This document shows, piece after piece, positions 9,047-17,858 of a stretch of 64,000 nucleotides of DNA. A program made the translations under genes and the position numbers. The number at the start of each line of letters is the position of its first letter. Position 1 is the stretch's first letter. The notes beneath the pieces are model-generated. The model was given only the letters and a program-made list of their open reading frames with translations, did not search any database and had not been told where the DNA came from. The stretch spans positions 10,700 to 74,699 of the forward strand of contig JACQAG010000022.1 of the NCBI GenBank assembly GCA_016195085.1. Reading direction: 5' to 3'. This stretch comes from Pseudomonadota bacterium (GTDB lineage: Bacteria > Pseudomonadota > Alphaproteobacteria > SHVZ01).

Positions 9047-11153
9047 TCGGCTCGGCGCTTGGCTTCCCTTTGCGGTCGTGCCGGCCGCCTGCGCACTTGC
9101 CCTCGCGCTTGCCGTTCTCTCCCCCTGGCCCCAGGCGGCCGGGATCGCGCTTGCCGGCGCGGTTCTCCTCGCCGCCGCGCTCGCCGGAAGGTGGCTCGGC
9201 GAGCGCGACGGCAGCCAGCCGGCTCGCGCGGTCACGCAAGGCTTCGAGGCGGGTATCGCCAGCGTCGTGACCGACGCCGCCGGCCGCGCCTTGGCCGCCA
9301 ATGCCGCCGCGCGGCGCATCCTTGCCGAGGGCCGGCAGCAGCCGCGTCAGCGCCGGCTGGTGATCGACGAGGCCCGCTTGGCGGCCACCTTCGCCGATCC
9401 CGACGGCCGCATCGGCCACCTCGCCCGCGAAGCCAGGGCGGGACACCGCCACAGCGTCGATTTGCGCCTGGATCCCGGCGTCGGTCGCGGCTGGCTCGAG
9501 GTGACGGCAGCGCCGGCGCCGGGCCAGAAGGGCTGGGTCGTCTGGCGGTTTGCCGAGGCCAATCGGCGGATCGAGGCGAGCCTGGACCTGGTCGCCGAGC
9601 GCAGCCACAGCGCCGAGCTCCGGGTGACGCTGGCCTCGATCGAGCAGCGGTTTCAGCGGTTCTTCGAGGAGCTTCCGGTCGGCTGGGCGGTGGTCGACGG
9701 AGAGGGCAGGATCGAGGATTCGAACCGCGCTTTCCGCGAGCTCGTCGGCGTGCCGCTCGATCCGCGCGGCCGCAATTTCGCGACCATGGTCAGAGCGGAG
9801 GATCAGGGACGCGTCGCCGCCCGGATCGAGGAGGCGATGCGGGGCGGAACCCAGACCGCGCCGGAGGAGGTGCGGTTCTCCGGCACCTCCGAGCGCGTCG
9901 CCTCGCTCTATGTCGGGCGGATCGACACGCCCGACGACAGCCCGGCCGGGCTGGTGCTGCACCTCCTCGACATCAGCACGCTCAAGGCCCTGGAAAGCCA
10001 GTTCGTGCAGTCGCAGAAGATGCAGGCGATCGGCCAGCTCGCCGGCGGCGTCGCCCACGACTTCAACAATCTCTTGACGGCGATGATCGGCTATAGCGAT
10101 CTCTTGCTGCTCCGCCACCGTCCGGGCGATCCGTCCTTCGCCGACATCATGCAGGTGAAGCAGAACGCCAACCGTGCCGCCAACCTGGTGCGCCAGCTCC
10201 TCGCCTTCTCGCGCCAGCAGACGCTGAGGCCGCGGGTCTTGAACCTGACCGATGTGCTGGCGGAGCTGTCGCATCTGTTGCGGCGGCTCTTGGGCGACAC
10301 CCTTCAGCTCGAGGTCGTGCATGGCCGCGACCTGAAGCCGGTCAAGGTCGACCAGGGCCAGTTCGAGCAGGTCGTCATCAACCTCGCAGTCAATGCGCGC
10401 GACGCCATGCACCCGGGCGGGCGGCTGGCGATCAATACCGCCAACATCCGGATCGAGTATGCCCAGAGCCGCGGTGCCGAGGTGGTTCCGGCCGGCGACT
10501 ATGTCGAGATCCGCGTCGCCGACACCGGCTCCGGCATAGCGCCCGAGCATCTGGGGCGCATCTTCGAGCCGTTCTTCTCGACCAAGCCGGTGGGATCGGG
10601 GACCGGACTCGGCCTTTCCACGGTCTACGGCATCGTCAAGCAGACCGGCGGCTTCGTGTTCGTCGAATCCATGCTCGGCGGCGGCACGTCGTTCACCATC
10701 TGGCTTCCCGTCCATGCCGGCGGCGTCGTGGAGGAGGCGGCCGAGGAGGAGGAGGGGCGCCGGCAGGTGCGCGACCTGACGGGTGCTGGCACCATCCTTC
10801 TGGTCGAGGACGAGGACCCGGTCAGGCTGTTCAGCGCCCGCGCGCTCCGCAGCAAGGGCTACAAGGTGTTCGAAGCCAGATCCGGAGAAGCCGCCCTCGA
10901 TCTCTTGCTGGAGGAGACGATGCCGGTCGATCTGCTCATCACCGACATGATGATGCCCACCCTCGACGGCCCGAGCTTGGTCAAGCTGGCGCGCGAGCGG
11001 CGCCCGGACCTGAAGGTGGTCTGCATCTCCGGCTACACCGAAGACACGCTCCGCGAACGCATCCCCCAGGACGACATCACCGTCTTCCTGGCGAAGCCCT
11101 TCAGCCTGAAACAGCTGGCACAGACGGTGAAAGAGGTGCTGACCCAGGAGTGA
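9009..11153 (+). CDS. cckA: Hybrid sensor histidine kinase/response regulator (two N-terminal TM, PAS, HisKA, HATPase, C-terminal REC); candidate CckA orthologue
   Basis: H-box GGVAHDFNNLLTAMIGYSDLL, N/G boxes (DTGSGI, GTGLGLS), receiver ILLVEDEDPVR...LLITDMMMP..LAKPF; ATG at 9009 overlaps flhB end by 38 nt. Confidence 0.55.
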   Translation: MSTSSSARPSRLNRLGAWLPFAVVPAACALALALAVLSPWPQAAGIALAGAVLLAAALAGRWLGERDGSQPARAVTQGFEAGIASVVTDAAGRALAANAAARRILAEGRQQPRQRRLVIDEARLAATFADPDGRIGHLAREARAGHRHSVDLRLDPGVGRGWLEVTAAPAPGQKGWVVWRFAEANRRIEASLDLVAERSHSAELRVTLASIEQRFQRFFEELPVGWAVVDGEGRIEDSNRAFRELVGVPLDPRGRNFATMVRAEDQGRVAARIEEAMRGGTQTAPEEVRFSGTSERVASLYVGRIDTPDDSPAGLVLHLLDISTLKALESQFVQSQKMQAIGQLAGGVAHDFNNLLTAMIGYSDLLLLRHRPGDPSFADIMQVKQNANRAANLVRQLLAFSRQQTLRPRVLNLTDVLAELSHLLRRLLGDTLQLEVVHGRDLKPVKVDQGQFEQVVINLAVNARDAMHPGGRLAINTANIRIEYAQSRGAEVVPAGDYVEIRVADTGSGIAPEHLGRIFEPFFSTKPVGSGTGLGLSTVYGIVKQTGGFVFVESMLGGGTSFTIWLPVHAGGVVEEAAEEEEGRRQVRDLTGAGTILLVEDEDPVRLFSARALRSKGYKVFEARSGEAALDLLLEETMPVDLLITDMMMPTLDGPSLVKLARERRPDLKVVCISGYTEDTLRERIPQDDITVFLAKPFSLKQLAQTVKEVLTQE

Positions 11154-11164
11154 GGCCGCGCGGC

Positions 11165-11347
11165 TCACCCTCTCGCTGCCGGCTGCACCAGATTGGCAAA
11201 CAGACGGAAGGCGTCGGGAACCAGCCAATCCGGCTGGTGGGCGAGCGCCAGGCTGACATGGGTGTGGCGGCCGGATCCGATCGGCGCCGACAAGAGCCCG
11301 CCTTCGAGCGGGTCCTCGCCGGGGTCGGCCATGGCGAGGAGCGGCAC
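11165..11347 (-). pseudogene. Orphaned 3' fragment of the PIG-L deacetylase gene (60-aa ORF duplicating the C-terminus of the 843-aa protein)
   Basis: MPLLAMADPGEDPLEGGLLSAPIGSGRHTHVSLALAHQ...FANLVQPAARG is about 88% identical to residues near the C-terminus of ORF 12091..14622. Confidence 0.65.
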
Positions 11348-11370
11348 GTAGGCCGGACCCGGTCGGTCAG
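11176..11370. repeat. Direct repeat copy A (about 190 bp, roughly 88% identical to 12153..12345) flanking the HepT/MntA cassette
   Basis: Aligned by eye: ctgccggctgcaccagattggc...gctgacatgggtgtggcggccgg...tcggccatggc. Confidence 0.75.
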
Positions 11371-11376
11371 CGTAAG

Positions 11377-11724
11377 TTACTTTTTTCCATGTTCCGCCAG
11401 CGCCCTCAACTGGCTGCTGAGCTCAGGCAGCTTCGCCTGGATCACATCCCAGACGATCTCCCAGTTGACGCCCGCATAGTGGTGGATGAGGCGGTCGCGC
11501 ATGCCGGCGACGTCCTGCCACCGAATTGCCCTGTGCTTTTTGCGAAAATCCGGAGAGAACCCCTTTGCGGCCTCGCCGACGATTTCGAGGTTCCGCACGA
11601 CGGCATCCTGCACCATCGTGTCCTCGAGAAACCGCTGATAGCTCAGGCCGCCGGTGTAGCGGCCAATTCTGCCGATCGCTTCGACGATGTCCTGGACAAG
11701 CTGCGCATCCTGGCGCTTAGCCAT
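11377..11724 (-). CDS. hepT: HepT-like (DUF86) nucleotidyltransferase-substrate-binding toxin
   Basis: 115 aa; conserved RNLEIVGEAAK and R..LIHHY motifs typical of HepT; overlaps partner gene; lower-GC cassette. Confidence 0.7.
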   Translation of the reverse strand: MAKRQDAQLVQDIVEAIGRIGRYTGGLSYQRFLEDTMVQDAVVRNLEIVGEAAKGFSPDFRKKHRAIRWQDVAGMRDRLIHHYAGVNWEIVWDVIQAKLPELSSQLRALAEHGKK

Positions 11725-12037
11725 ATGCGAGAGCGCTCCGGATGTCGTCAGCGATTTCCTTTACGCGAATGCTCTCGAGTCCATCGGGCGTTAGGATTTC
11801 CACCTTCCTTCCGAGGAGCTTCTCCAGGTGCTCCGATAGACCCAGGAAGTTGTCGTAGGTCGGCCGCTCGAACTCGACGAGAAGGTCGATGTCGCTCCGC
11901 TCGTTCTGCTTACCTTTGGCGTAGGAGCCAAAGAGGCCGATCTTTCGTACGGAATACCTCTCAAGCAGCTCGGCGTTCTGCCGTAGCGTGCGAAGGATTC
12001 CCTGCCGGGTAAGTTCGCTTTTCGACGGTTTTTTCAT
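11717..12037 (-). CDS. mntA: MntA-like minimal nucleotidyltransferase antitoxin
   Basis: 106 aa; GLFGSYAKG...DIDLLVEF nucleotidyltransferase motif; 8-bp overlap with hepT. Confidence 0.7.
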   Translation of the reverse strand: MKKPSKSELTRQGILRTLRQNAELLERYSVRKIGLFGSYAKGKQNERSDIDLLVEFERPTYDNFLGLSEHLEKLLGRKVEILTPDGLESIRVKEIADDIRSALAYG

Positions 12038-12090
12038 TGCCGTGCGCTGCGCCTATGGACGCATGATGATAGCGCAGTTTGGCGGCTTGA

Positions 12091-14622
12091 TTAAGGGTTC
12101 GATGATCTGTCGAGGGCGGCGGCTGCTCCACCCAGGCGCCCGCCACCTATCCCTGCCGGCTGCACCAGATTGGCGAAGAGGCGGAAGGCGCCGGGAACCA
12201 GCCGATCCAGCTGATGGGCCAGCGCCAGGCTGACATGGGTGTGGCGGCCGGCTCCGATCGGCGCCGACAGAAGCCCGCCTTCGAGCGGCGCTTCACCGGG
12301 GTCGGCCATGGCCAGCAGCGGCACATAAGCCGGATCCCAGGATGCAGCGAAGGAGAGGCCGCGCTCCTTCTGCCATCCCGCCCAATCGGCGGGGCCGATG
12401 GCATTGGGATAGGTCAGGAGCGGATGCCCGGACGCCAGAATCCGGATCGGTGCCGCCGGATCGGCCACCCGCCAACGCAGCGACGGCTGGCCGATGGCGA
12501 TGCGCTTGGGCGGCGTCACCGCCGCGTCCCAGCCATCGCCGGGCCGGTGATATTGGCTGACGAGATGCCCGCCTCGGCTCACATAGTCCTTGAGCCGCGC
12601 CGGCGCTGCCGCCGGAAGCCGGCCGAAGGCCTTGATGCCGATGACGATGGTCTCGAAACGGCCGAGATCGCCGCCGAGGATCTCGTCGTCGGAGAGCCGC
12701 TCCACCTGAAGCCCGATCTCTTCGAGCCAGCCGGCGACGCGATCGAGGCCGCCTTCGACATAGCCGATACGAACCCCCGGGGGAAGCGCCAGGTCGACCA
12801 CCAGAAGATCGAGAGTGGCGGGCTCGATCCAGCCGGTGGTGCCGATATGGGGATAGTGCTGACGGCGCACGCGCCCATGGGCGATACCGTCGGCCACCAC
12901 CTGCCAGCTTGCGTGACCCGGGGCTGGCGTCGCCGCGGTGAGGCTGATCTCGGCGGCCTCAAACGGACCGAGGCGAAGCGGAGGTGCCACCGCCTCGGCA
13001 CCGAGGAGCCGGAGCCGGGTCTGGATCGGCGCCGGCGTGTGGTTGCGCGCCCCGATGCGGACCTCGAGGCGCGGCTGCGAGCCGGCGACCACCACCCGGG
13101 CCTCAGGCGCCGGTGTCAGCTCCAGGGGCGGGACCTCGAGGGGCAGGATTTCCGGCGCCACCGCATCCTCGATGTCGACGCCATCGACGGTGTAGCCGAG
13201 CCGGCCTTCGATCGGCGCATTGGCGGCCAGCGGATCGAAGCGCTGCCGAAACGGCGCGTGGGATCCCGGGATGTATCGAAGCGTGCCCTCTGCCGTCGGC
13301 CCCTCGACCGTGCCGGCTTCGCTGGTCGCGGACCCGCGAACCGTGAGCGGCTTCCCGCCTTGGAAAAGGACAAGGCGTCCCGTCGCGGGCTGGCCCAGGA
13401 CCACCATTGCCGGCAGCTCCAGGCGGGCGACCAGGGAGAGGGCGAGCCGGCTCGCCCGGGCAAGCTGGCGGCGCTTGATGCCGAGCCGGTGCTCCAAATC
13501 CTCGGCGATCGTCCGTGCGAGCCCACCCAGAGTCTGCAGGACATGGTCGATGGCGCCCAACGCTTCATGCACCGAAGCGGCGACGCGATCGAAGTCCGGG
13601 AAGGCCTCGATCGCCGCCTCGATCGCCCGGTCGGCTTGGCGCAAGGCATCGCTGGGGGCGCCCTTCATGCCGGTCGCCAGATCGCCGAGCCGCCGCGGCA
13701 ACCCATCGAAGATCGATCCCTCGGCATTCACCCGCTGCAGCCGCGTTTGCGCCAGATTGAGCGCGATCGCCGGCGCGTCTTCCTCAGGGCGCCAGCGCCC
13801 CATGCCCTGGCTTCGGTGACAGAGGCGCGACCATTCGCCGATCTCGGCGTAAGTGGCGCCGAGCCAGCGATCGAAGCCGCCGACATCGACGGTGAGCGTC
13901 GCCGGCGGCGGCGGCTCGGCGTCGTCATAGGTCGCACCGGCGCCGGAATAAGCCGGCAGATACAGCTTGGCGATGCGCCATGGGCGGAGGCCGGCTTCGA
14001 TCTGCTCGGGGAAGCGGGCCGGGTCGGCGGCCGCCTCGAAGGCCTTGAAGGTGGCGCGGGTGACGGCGCGATGATGGCCGTGCTGTCCCGGCACATCGAG
14101 GAAGGTGGGCGACACGATGTCGGGGCGGCTCCGGCGGATGGCCTCCACCAATCGCTCCAGGAGCCGGTCCTCGCCCCAGATTGCGGTGGTCGCCTCCGGC
14201 GTCTTGGCGAAGCCGAAATCGCTTAAACGATCGCCGAACCCTTGCTCCAGCCAGTCAACCTCCATGCCGAGAACGGCGGCGGCTCTCTCCATCTCATGGG
14301 AGCGTATGAGCGCCAGCGCCTCGCCGGATTCCGGGCCGAGCGCGTTCTGTCCGCCGCCGCCGCGGGTGGCCGAGACGTAGATCACGCGGGCACCGTCGCC
14401 TTTGGCGAGCCGGGCCAAGAGCGCGCTCGTCTCGTCGTCGGGATGCGCTCCGGTCATCATGAAGCTCACCACCGAGCGCAGCGGCAGCAAGGCCTGCCAT
14501 AGAAGGAGGAGTGGGCTCTCCCGCGACTGGCGAAGGATGCGGCGTTGCTCTGGAGTCATGGCAAGATCCTGGCGAATAGGCTCGCCAAGGCAAGCGAATT
14601 GCTGCGGGATGACGATTGACAT
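12091..14622 (-). CDS. Large PIG-L/LmbE-family deacetylase domain protein (N-terminal deacetylase, long central region, C-terminal ThuA/GATase1-like region); C-terminus remodelled by cassette insertion
   Basis: N-terminal AHPDDE motif (MMTGAHPDDETSALL) plus HGHHRA; 843 aa. Confidence 0.6.
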   Translation of the reverse strand: MSIVIPQQFACLGEPIRQDLAMTPEQRRILRQSRESPLLLLWQALLPLRSVVSFMMTGAHPDDETSALLARLAKGDGARVIYVSATRGGGGQNALGPESGEALALIRSHEMERAAAVLGMEVDWLEQGFGDRLSDFGFAKTPEATTAIWGEDRLLERLVEAIRRSRPDIVSPTFLDVPGQHGHHRAVTRATFKAFEAAADPARFPEQIEAGLRPWRIAKLYLPAYSGAGATYDDAEPPPPATLTVDVGGFDRWLGATYAEIGEWSRLCHRSQGMGRWRPEEDAPAIALNLAQTRLQRVNAEGSIFDGLPRRLGDLATGMKGAPSDALRQADRAIEAAIEAFPDFDRVAASVHEALGAIDHVLQTLGGLARTIAEDLEHRLGIKRRQLARASRLALSLVARLELPAMVVLGQPATGRLVLFQGGKPLTVRGSATSEAGTVEGPTAEGTLRYIPGSHAPFRQRFDPLAANAPIEGRLGYTVDGVDIEDAVAPEILPLEVPPLELTPAPEARVVVAGSQPRLEVRIGARNHTPAPIQTRLRLLGAEAVAPPLRLGPFEAAEISLTAATPAPGHASWQVVADGIAHGRVRRQHYPHIGTTGWIEPATLDLLVVDLALPPGVRIGYVEGGLDRVAGWLEEIGLQVERLSDDEILGGDLGRFETIVIGIKAFGRLPAAAPARLKDYVSRGGHLVSQYHRPGDGWDAAVTPPKRIAIGQPSLRWRVADPAAPIRILASGHPLLTYPNAIGPADWAGWQKERGLSFAASWDPAYVPLLAMADPGEAPLEGGLLSAPIGAGRHTHVSLALAHQLDRLVPGAFRLFANLVQPAGIGGGRLGGAAAALDRSSNP
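12153..12345. repeat. Direct repeat copy B (inside the 3' end of the intact PIG-L gene)
   Basis: See copy A. Confidence 0.75.
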
Positions 14623-14688
14623 GTCCGGGAGCGTTCGGGACGATGCCCGCCGGGCTGGGGGTCTCGGCTCGGCAAGGGAGGATCGAAC

Positions 14689-15945
14689 ATGATGAAGCGG
14701 TGGCTATTCGGCCTGGTGCTGAGCTCGACGCTCCTGACCTGGGGCCTCACCAGCGCCCAGCCCGTCGAGATCGAGTACTGGCAATACACCTTCGCCCAGC
14801 GGGTTCAGGCGATCGACGAGCTGATCAAGCGCTTCGAAGCGGCCAATCCCGGCATCAAGGTGAAGCACGTCAACGTGCCCTACGACGATTTCCGCCTCAA
14901 GATCGCCGCCGCCATCCCCGCCGGGCAGGGTCCCGACGTGGTGCAGCTGTTCTATGGCTGGCTCCAGGACTATCTGAAGGCGAAGCTCTTGCAGCCGCTG
15001 CCGGCCGATCTTTTCAACGCCGCCGAGATCGAGCGCGACTTCTTCCCCTTGGTGAAGGAGATGCGCGTCGACGGCCAGTATTACGGCCTGCCGACGGCGG
15101 TGCGCTCGCTGTCGCTGTTCTGGAACAAGAAGCTGTTCCAGGAGGCGGGTCTCGATCCCGCGAAACCGCCTCAGACCCTGGCCGAACTCACCCTGATGGC
15201 GAAGAAGCTGACCAAGCGCGACGCCGGCGGCAATCTGCTGCAGGCCGGCATCGCGCTCGATCCCGGCGGTCAGGACCATCACTGGATCCGCGAGGTGCTG
15301 ATCCGTCAGATGGGCGGCAAGCCCTATTCCGATGACGGGCGCAAGATCGCCTATGACACCGATGCCGCAGTCAAGGGTGTGGCCTGGTACACCGATCTCG
15401 TCGCCAAGGAGAGGGTGAGCGAGTTCGGCTTCCTGACCGATGCGGTGACCGCCTTCAAATCGGGCAAGGCCGGGCTCACCATCGATGGTTCCTTCCGGCT
15501 CGCCGCCTTCGACGGCCAGGCCGGGCTCGACTACGGCGTGTCCGAGCTGCCCGGCCATGACGGCATGAAATCCAACTTCGCCTCCTACTGGGTGAACGGC
15601 ATCACGCCCAAGGCGACCGGCGCCAAGAAGGAGGCCGCCGCCAAGTTCCTGAAATTCATCACCACGCCGGAAGCGATGGAGCTGTGGCTGGAGAAGGTGG
15701 GCGAGCTGCCGGCCCGCAAGGCGGTGGCCGAGCGGGACGCGATCAAGAACCACCCGAAATACGGCGCCTTCATCCGCGGCCTCGCCTACGCCCAGGCGAC
15801 GTTCTTCGTCAATGAGACCGGCCAGCGCAAGGTCTTCCTGGACCTGGTCGACCGCATCGCCATCAAGAAAGTGGCACCCAAGGACTCCGTGCACGAGGCG
15901 GCGCTGGAGGAGCAGAAGATGCTGGACGCCTTCTACAACAAGTGA
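14689..15945 (+). CDS. ABC transporter substrate-binding protein, family 1 (carbohydrate type)
   Basis: Signal peptide MMKRWLFGLVLSSTLLTWGLTSA; SBP_bac_1-like sequence. Confidence 0.8.
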   Translation: MMKRWLFGLVLSSTLLTWGLTSAQPVEIEYWQYTFAQRVQAIDELIKRFEAANPGIKVKHVNVPYDDFRLKIAAAIPAGQGPDVVQLFYGWLQDYLKAKLLQPLPADLFNAAEIERDFFPLVKEMRVDGQYYGLPTAVRSLSLFWNKKLFQEAGLDPAKPPQTLAELTLMAKKLTKRDAGGNLLQAGIALDPGGQDHHWIREVLIRQMGGKPYSDDGRKIAYDTDAAVKGVAWYTDLVAKERVSEFGFLTDAVTAFKSGKAGLTIDGSFRLAAFDGQAGLDYGVSELPGHDGMKSNFASYWVNGITPKATGAKKEAAAKFLKFITTPEAMELWLEKVGELPARKAVAERDAIKNHPKYGAFIRGLAYAQATFFVNETGQRKVFLDLVDRIAIKKVAPKDSVHEAALEEQKMLDAFYNK

Positions 15946-15957
15946 GCGGACGACAAG

Positions 15958-16122
15958 ACCCTCACCCGCCTCGCTAACGCTCGGCACCCTCTCCCGCAGG
16001 GGGTGGGATTTGGGAGGGGGTGCGCCGCACCCCTCCCCGATCCTCCCCGGGCGGGAGAGGGGCCTCAAATACTCGTCCTCATCTCCCTCTCCCGCGCCGC
16101 GGGAGAGGGTTGGGGTGAGGGT
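15958..16122. repeat. GC-rich structured palindromic repeat, composite (subtype 2 plus a GGGAGGGGGTG core)
   Basis: Between SBP and permease genes; shares the module GACCCTCACCCGCCTCGCT..CGCTCGGCACCCTCTCCCGC with loci at 5962 and 27984. Confidence 0.8.
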
Positions 16123-16158
16123 CGTTCTTAGGGCTACACCGAAACGCAACGGGACCGC

Positions 16159-17043
16159 ATGATCGATCGCCTCACTCTTCGCCAAAGGCAGGCCTTGTGG
16201 GCGTGGGCGTTCCTGGCGTTGCCGGCGGTCTTCTACGTGTCCATTCGCTTCTATCCGGCGGCGCAAGCCTTCGCCATGTCGCTGACCGACTGGAACATCG
16301 TCGGCCGGGCGCGGTTCATCGGCGCCGACAACTATGTGCGGCTCGGCGCCGATCCGGTGTTCTGGAGGGTGATGGGCAACACCTTCACCTATCTCGCGGT
16401 CGGCGTCGCCGTCACCATGACCATCGCCTTCGTCATCGCCTTCTACCTCGACCGCGTGCGCTTCGGCCACGGACTCTTGCGGGCACTCTACTTCATCCCG
16501 CACCTCGCCACCGCGGTTGCCATGGCTTGGGTCTGGCGCTGGTTCTACCAGCCCGTACCGGTCGGCGCCTTCAACGATGCGCTGGCCTCCATCGGCTTCG
16601 GCCAGCAGCCTTTTCTGCGCTCCACCAGCCAAGCGCTTTATGCCGTGCTGGCGCCGGCGATCTGGGCCAGCCTCGGCTTCCAGGTCGTCATTCTGCTGGC
16701 CGGGCTGAAGGCGATCCCTGAGCATTATTACGAAGCCGCCGAGATCGACGGCGCCGGCCGCTGGCGGATCCTCATCGAGATCACGCTGCCGCAGCTCCGC
16801 CCCACGCTCATCTTCCTCGTGGTGGTGAGCTCGATCGGCTTCCTTAGGATCTTCGACTATGTCTACGCCATGACCCAGGGCTCCGGCGGGCCGCTCGACG
16901 CAACGAAGCCTCTGGTGCTGATGATCTTCATCACCGCCTTCGGCCATTTCGAGATGGGCTATGCCGCCGCCTTGACCGTCGTCCTCTTCCTCATCCTGCT
17001 CGCCATCTCCTTGGCGCAGCTCCGGCTCATGAAGGCCCGATGA
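16159..17043 (+). CDS. ABC transporter permease (MalF/UgpA-like)
   Basis: Six TM, EAA-like motif region (EAAEIDGAGRWRILIEITLPQLRP). Confidence 0.8.
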   Translation: MIDRLTLRQRQALWAWAFLALPAVFYVSIRFYPAAQAFAMSLTDWNIVGRARFIGADNYVRLGADPVFWRVMGNTFTYLAVGVAVTMTIAFVIAFYLDRVRFGHGLLRALYFIPHLATAVAMAWVWRWFYQPVPVGAFNDALASIGFGQQPFLRSTSQALYAVLAPAIWASLGFQVVILLAGLKAIPEHYYEAAEIDGAGRWRILIEITLPQLRPTLIFLVVVSSIGFLRIFDYVYAMTQGSGGPLDATKPLVLMIFITAFGHFEMGYAAALTVVLFLILLAISLAQLRLMKAR

Positions 17044-17858
17044 CCGGGAGCCGTCCCGAACGCGTCATCGCCTGGACGCTGCTCTTCCTGGGCGGCGTGG
17101 TCATGGTGCTGCCCTTCGTCTACATGCTGGCGACCTCGCTCAAGCACAATGACGAGGTCTACGATCTCAGCCTCATTCCGAGGCTGCCGACCCTCGACAA
17201 CTATCTGCACCTCTTCAGCGACTCGACATTTCCCCGCTGGTTCATGAACTCGCTGGTGGTGGCCGCGCTGACCACGGTCTCGGCCTTGTTCTTCGACAGC
17301 CTGGTCGGCTATACGCTCGCCAAATTCGACTTCCGCGGCCGCCGCCTGGTGTTCCTGGCGATCCTCTCGACCCTGATGATCCCGACGGAGATGCTGGTGC
17401 TGCCCTGGTACATGCTGTCCAAGCAGATGGGCTGGCTCGACACCTATTGGGCGCTGTTGTTTCCGGGCCTGATGACCGGCTTCGGCACCTTCCTCATGAA
17501 GCAGTTCTTCGAGAGCGTGCCCGACGATCTGCTGGCGGCCGCGCGCATCGATGGGTTCGATGAGTTCCAGATCTGGTGGCGGGTGGCGCTGCCCTTGGTC
17601 ACCCCGGCGCTCTCGGCGCTCGCCATCTTCGTCTTTCTCGGCAACTGGACGGCGTTCTTGTGGCCGCTCATTGCCACCAGCAGCAAGGCGCTCTACACGC
17701 TGCCGGTCGGGATCGCCTCGTTCTCGAGCGAATTCCAGACGGAGTGGGAGATGATCATGACCGGTGCGGCGGTCGCCACGCTCCCCAGCCTCTTCGTGTT
17801 CTTGGCGCTGCAGAAATACATCATCCGCGGCATCATGCTGACCGGGATCAAGGGCTGA
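17040..17858 (+). CDS. ABC transporter permease (MalG/UgpE-like)
   Basis: AARIDGFDEFQIWWRVALPL EAA motif; 4-bp overlap with upstream permease. Confidence 0.8.
   Translation: MTGSRPERVIAWTLLFLGGVVMVLPFVYMLATSLKHNDEVYDLSLIPRLPTLDNYLHLFSDSTFPRWFMNSLVVAALTTVSALFFDSLVGYTLAKFDFRGRRLVFLAILSTLMIPTEMLVLPWYMLSKQMGWLDTYWALLFPGLMTGFGTFLMKQFFESVPDDLLAAARIDGFDEFQIWWRVALPLVTPALSALAIFVFLGNWTAFLWPLIATSSKALYTLPVGIASFSSEFQTEWEMIMTGAAVATLPSLFVFLALQKYIIRGIMLTGIKG

Noticed and set aside
9021-11228. 735-aa minus-strand ORF and 345-aa plus-strand ORF at 9059
   Set aside because: Alternative frames of the histidine-kinase region. The kinase frame carries H-box, N/G boxes and receiver motifs; these carry none.
12214-14226. 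670-aa plus-strand ORF
   Set aside because: Antisense to the PIG-L deacetylase gene, which has the AHPDDE motif. Composition is typical of high-GC noise.
14704-16947. 747-aa ORF on the minus strand
   Set aside because: Antisense to the SBP/permease genes; no motifs; runs through a repeat element.
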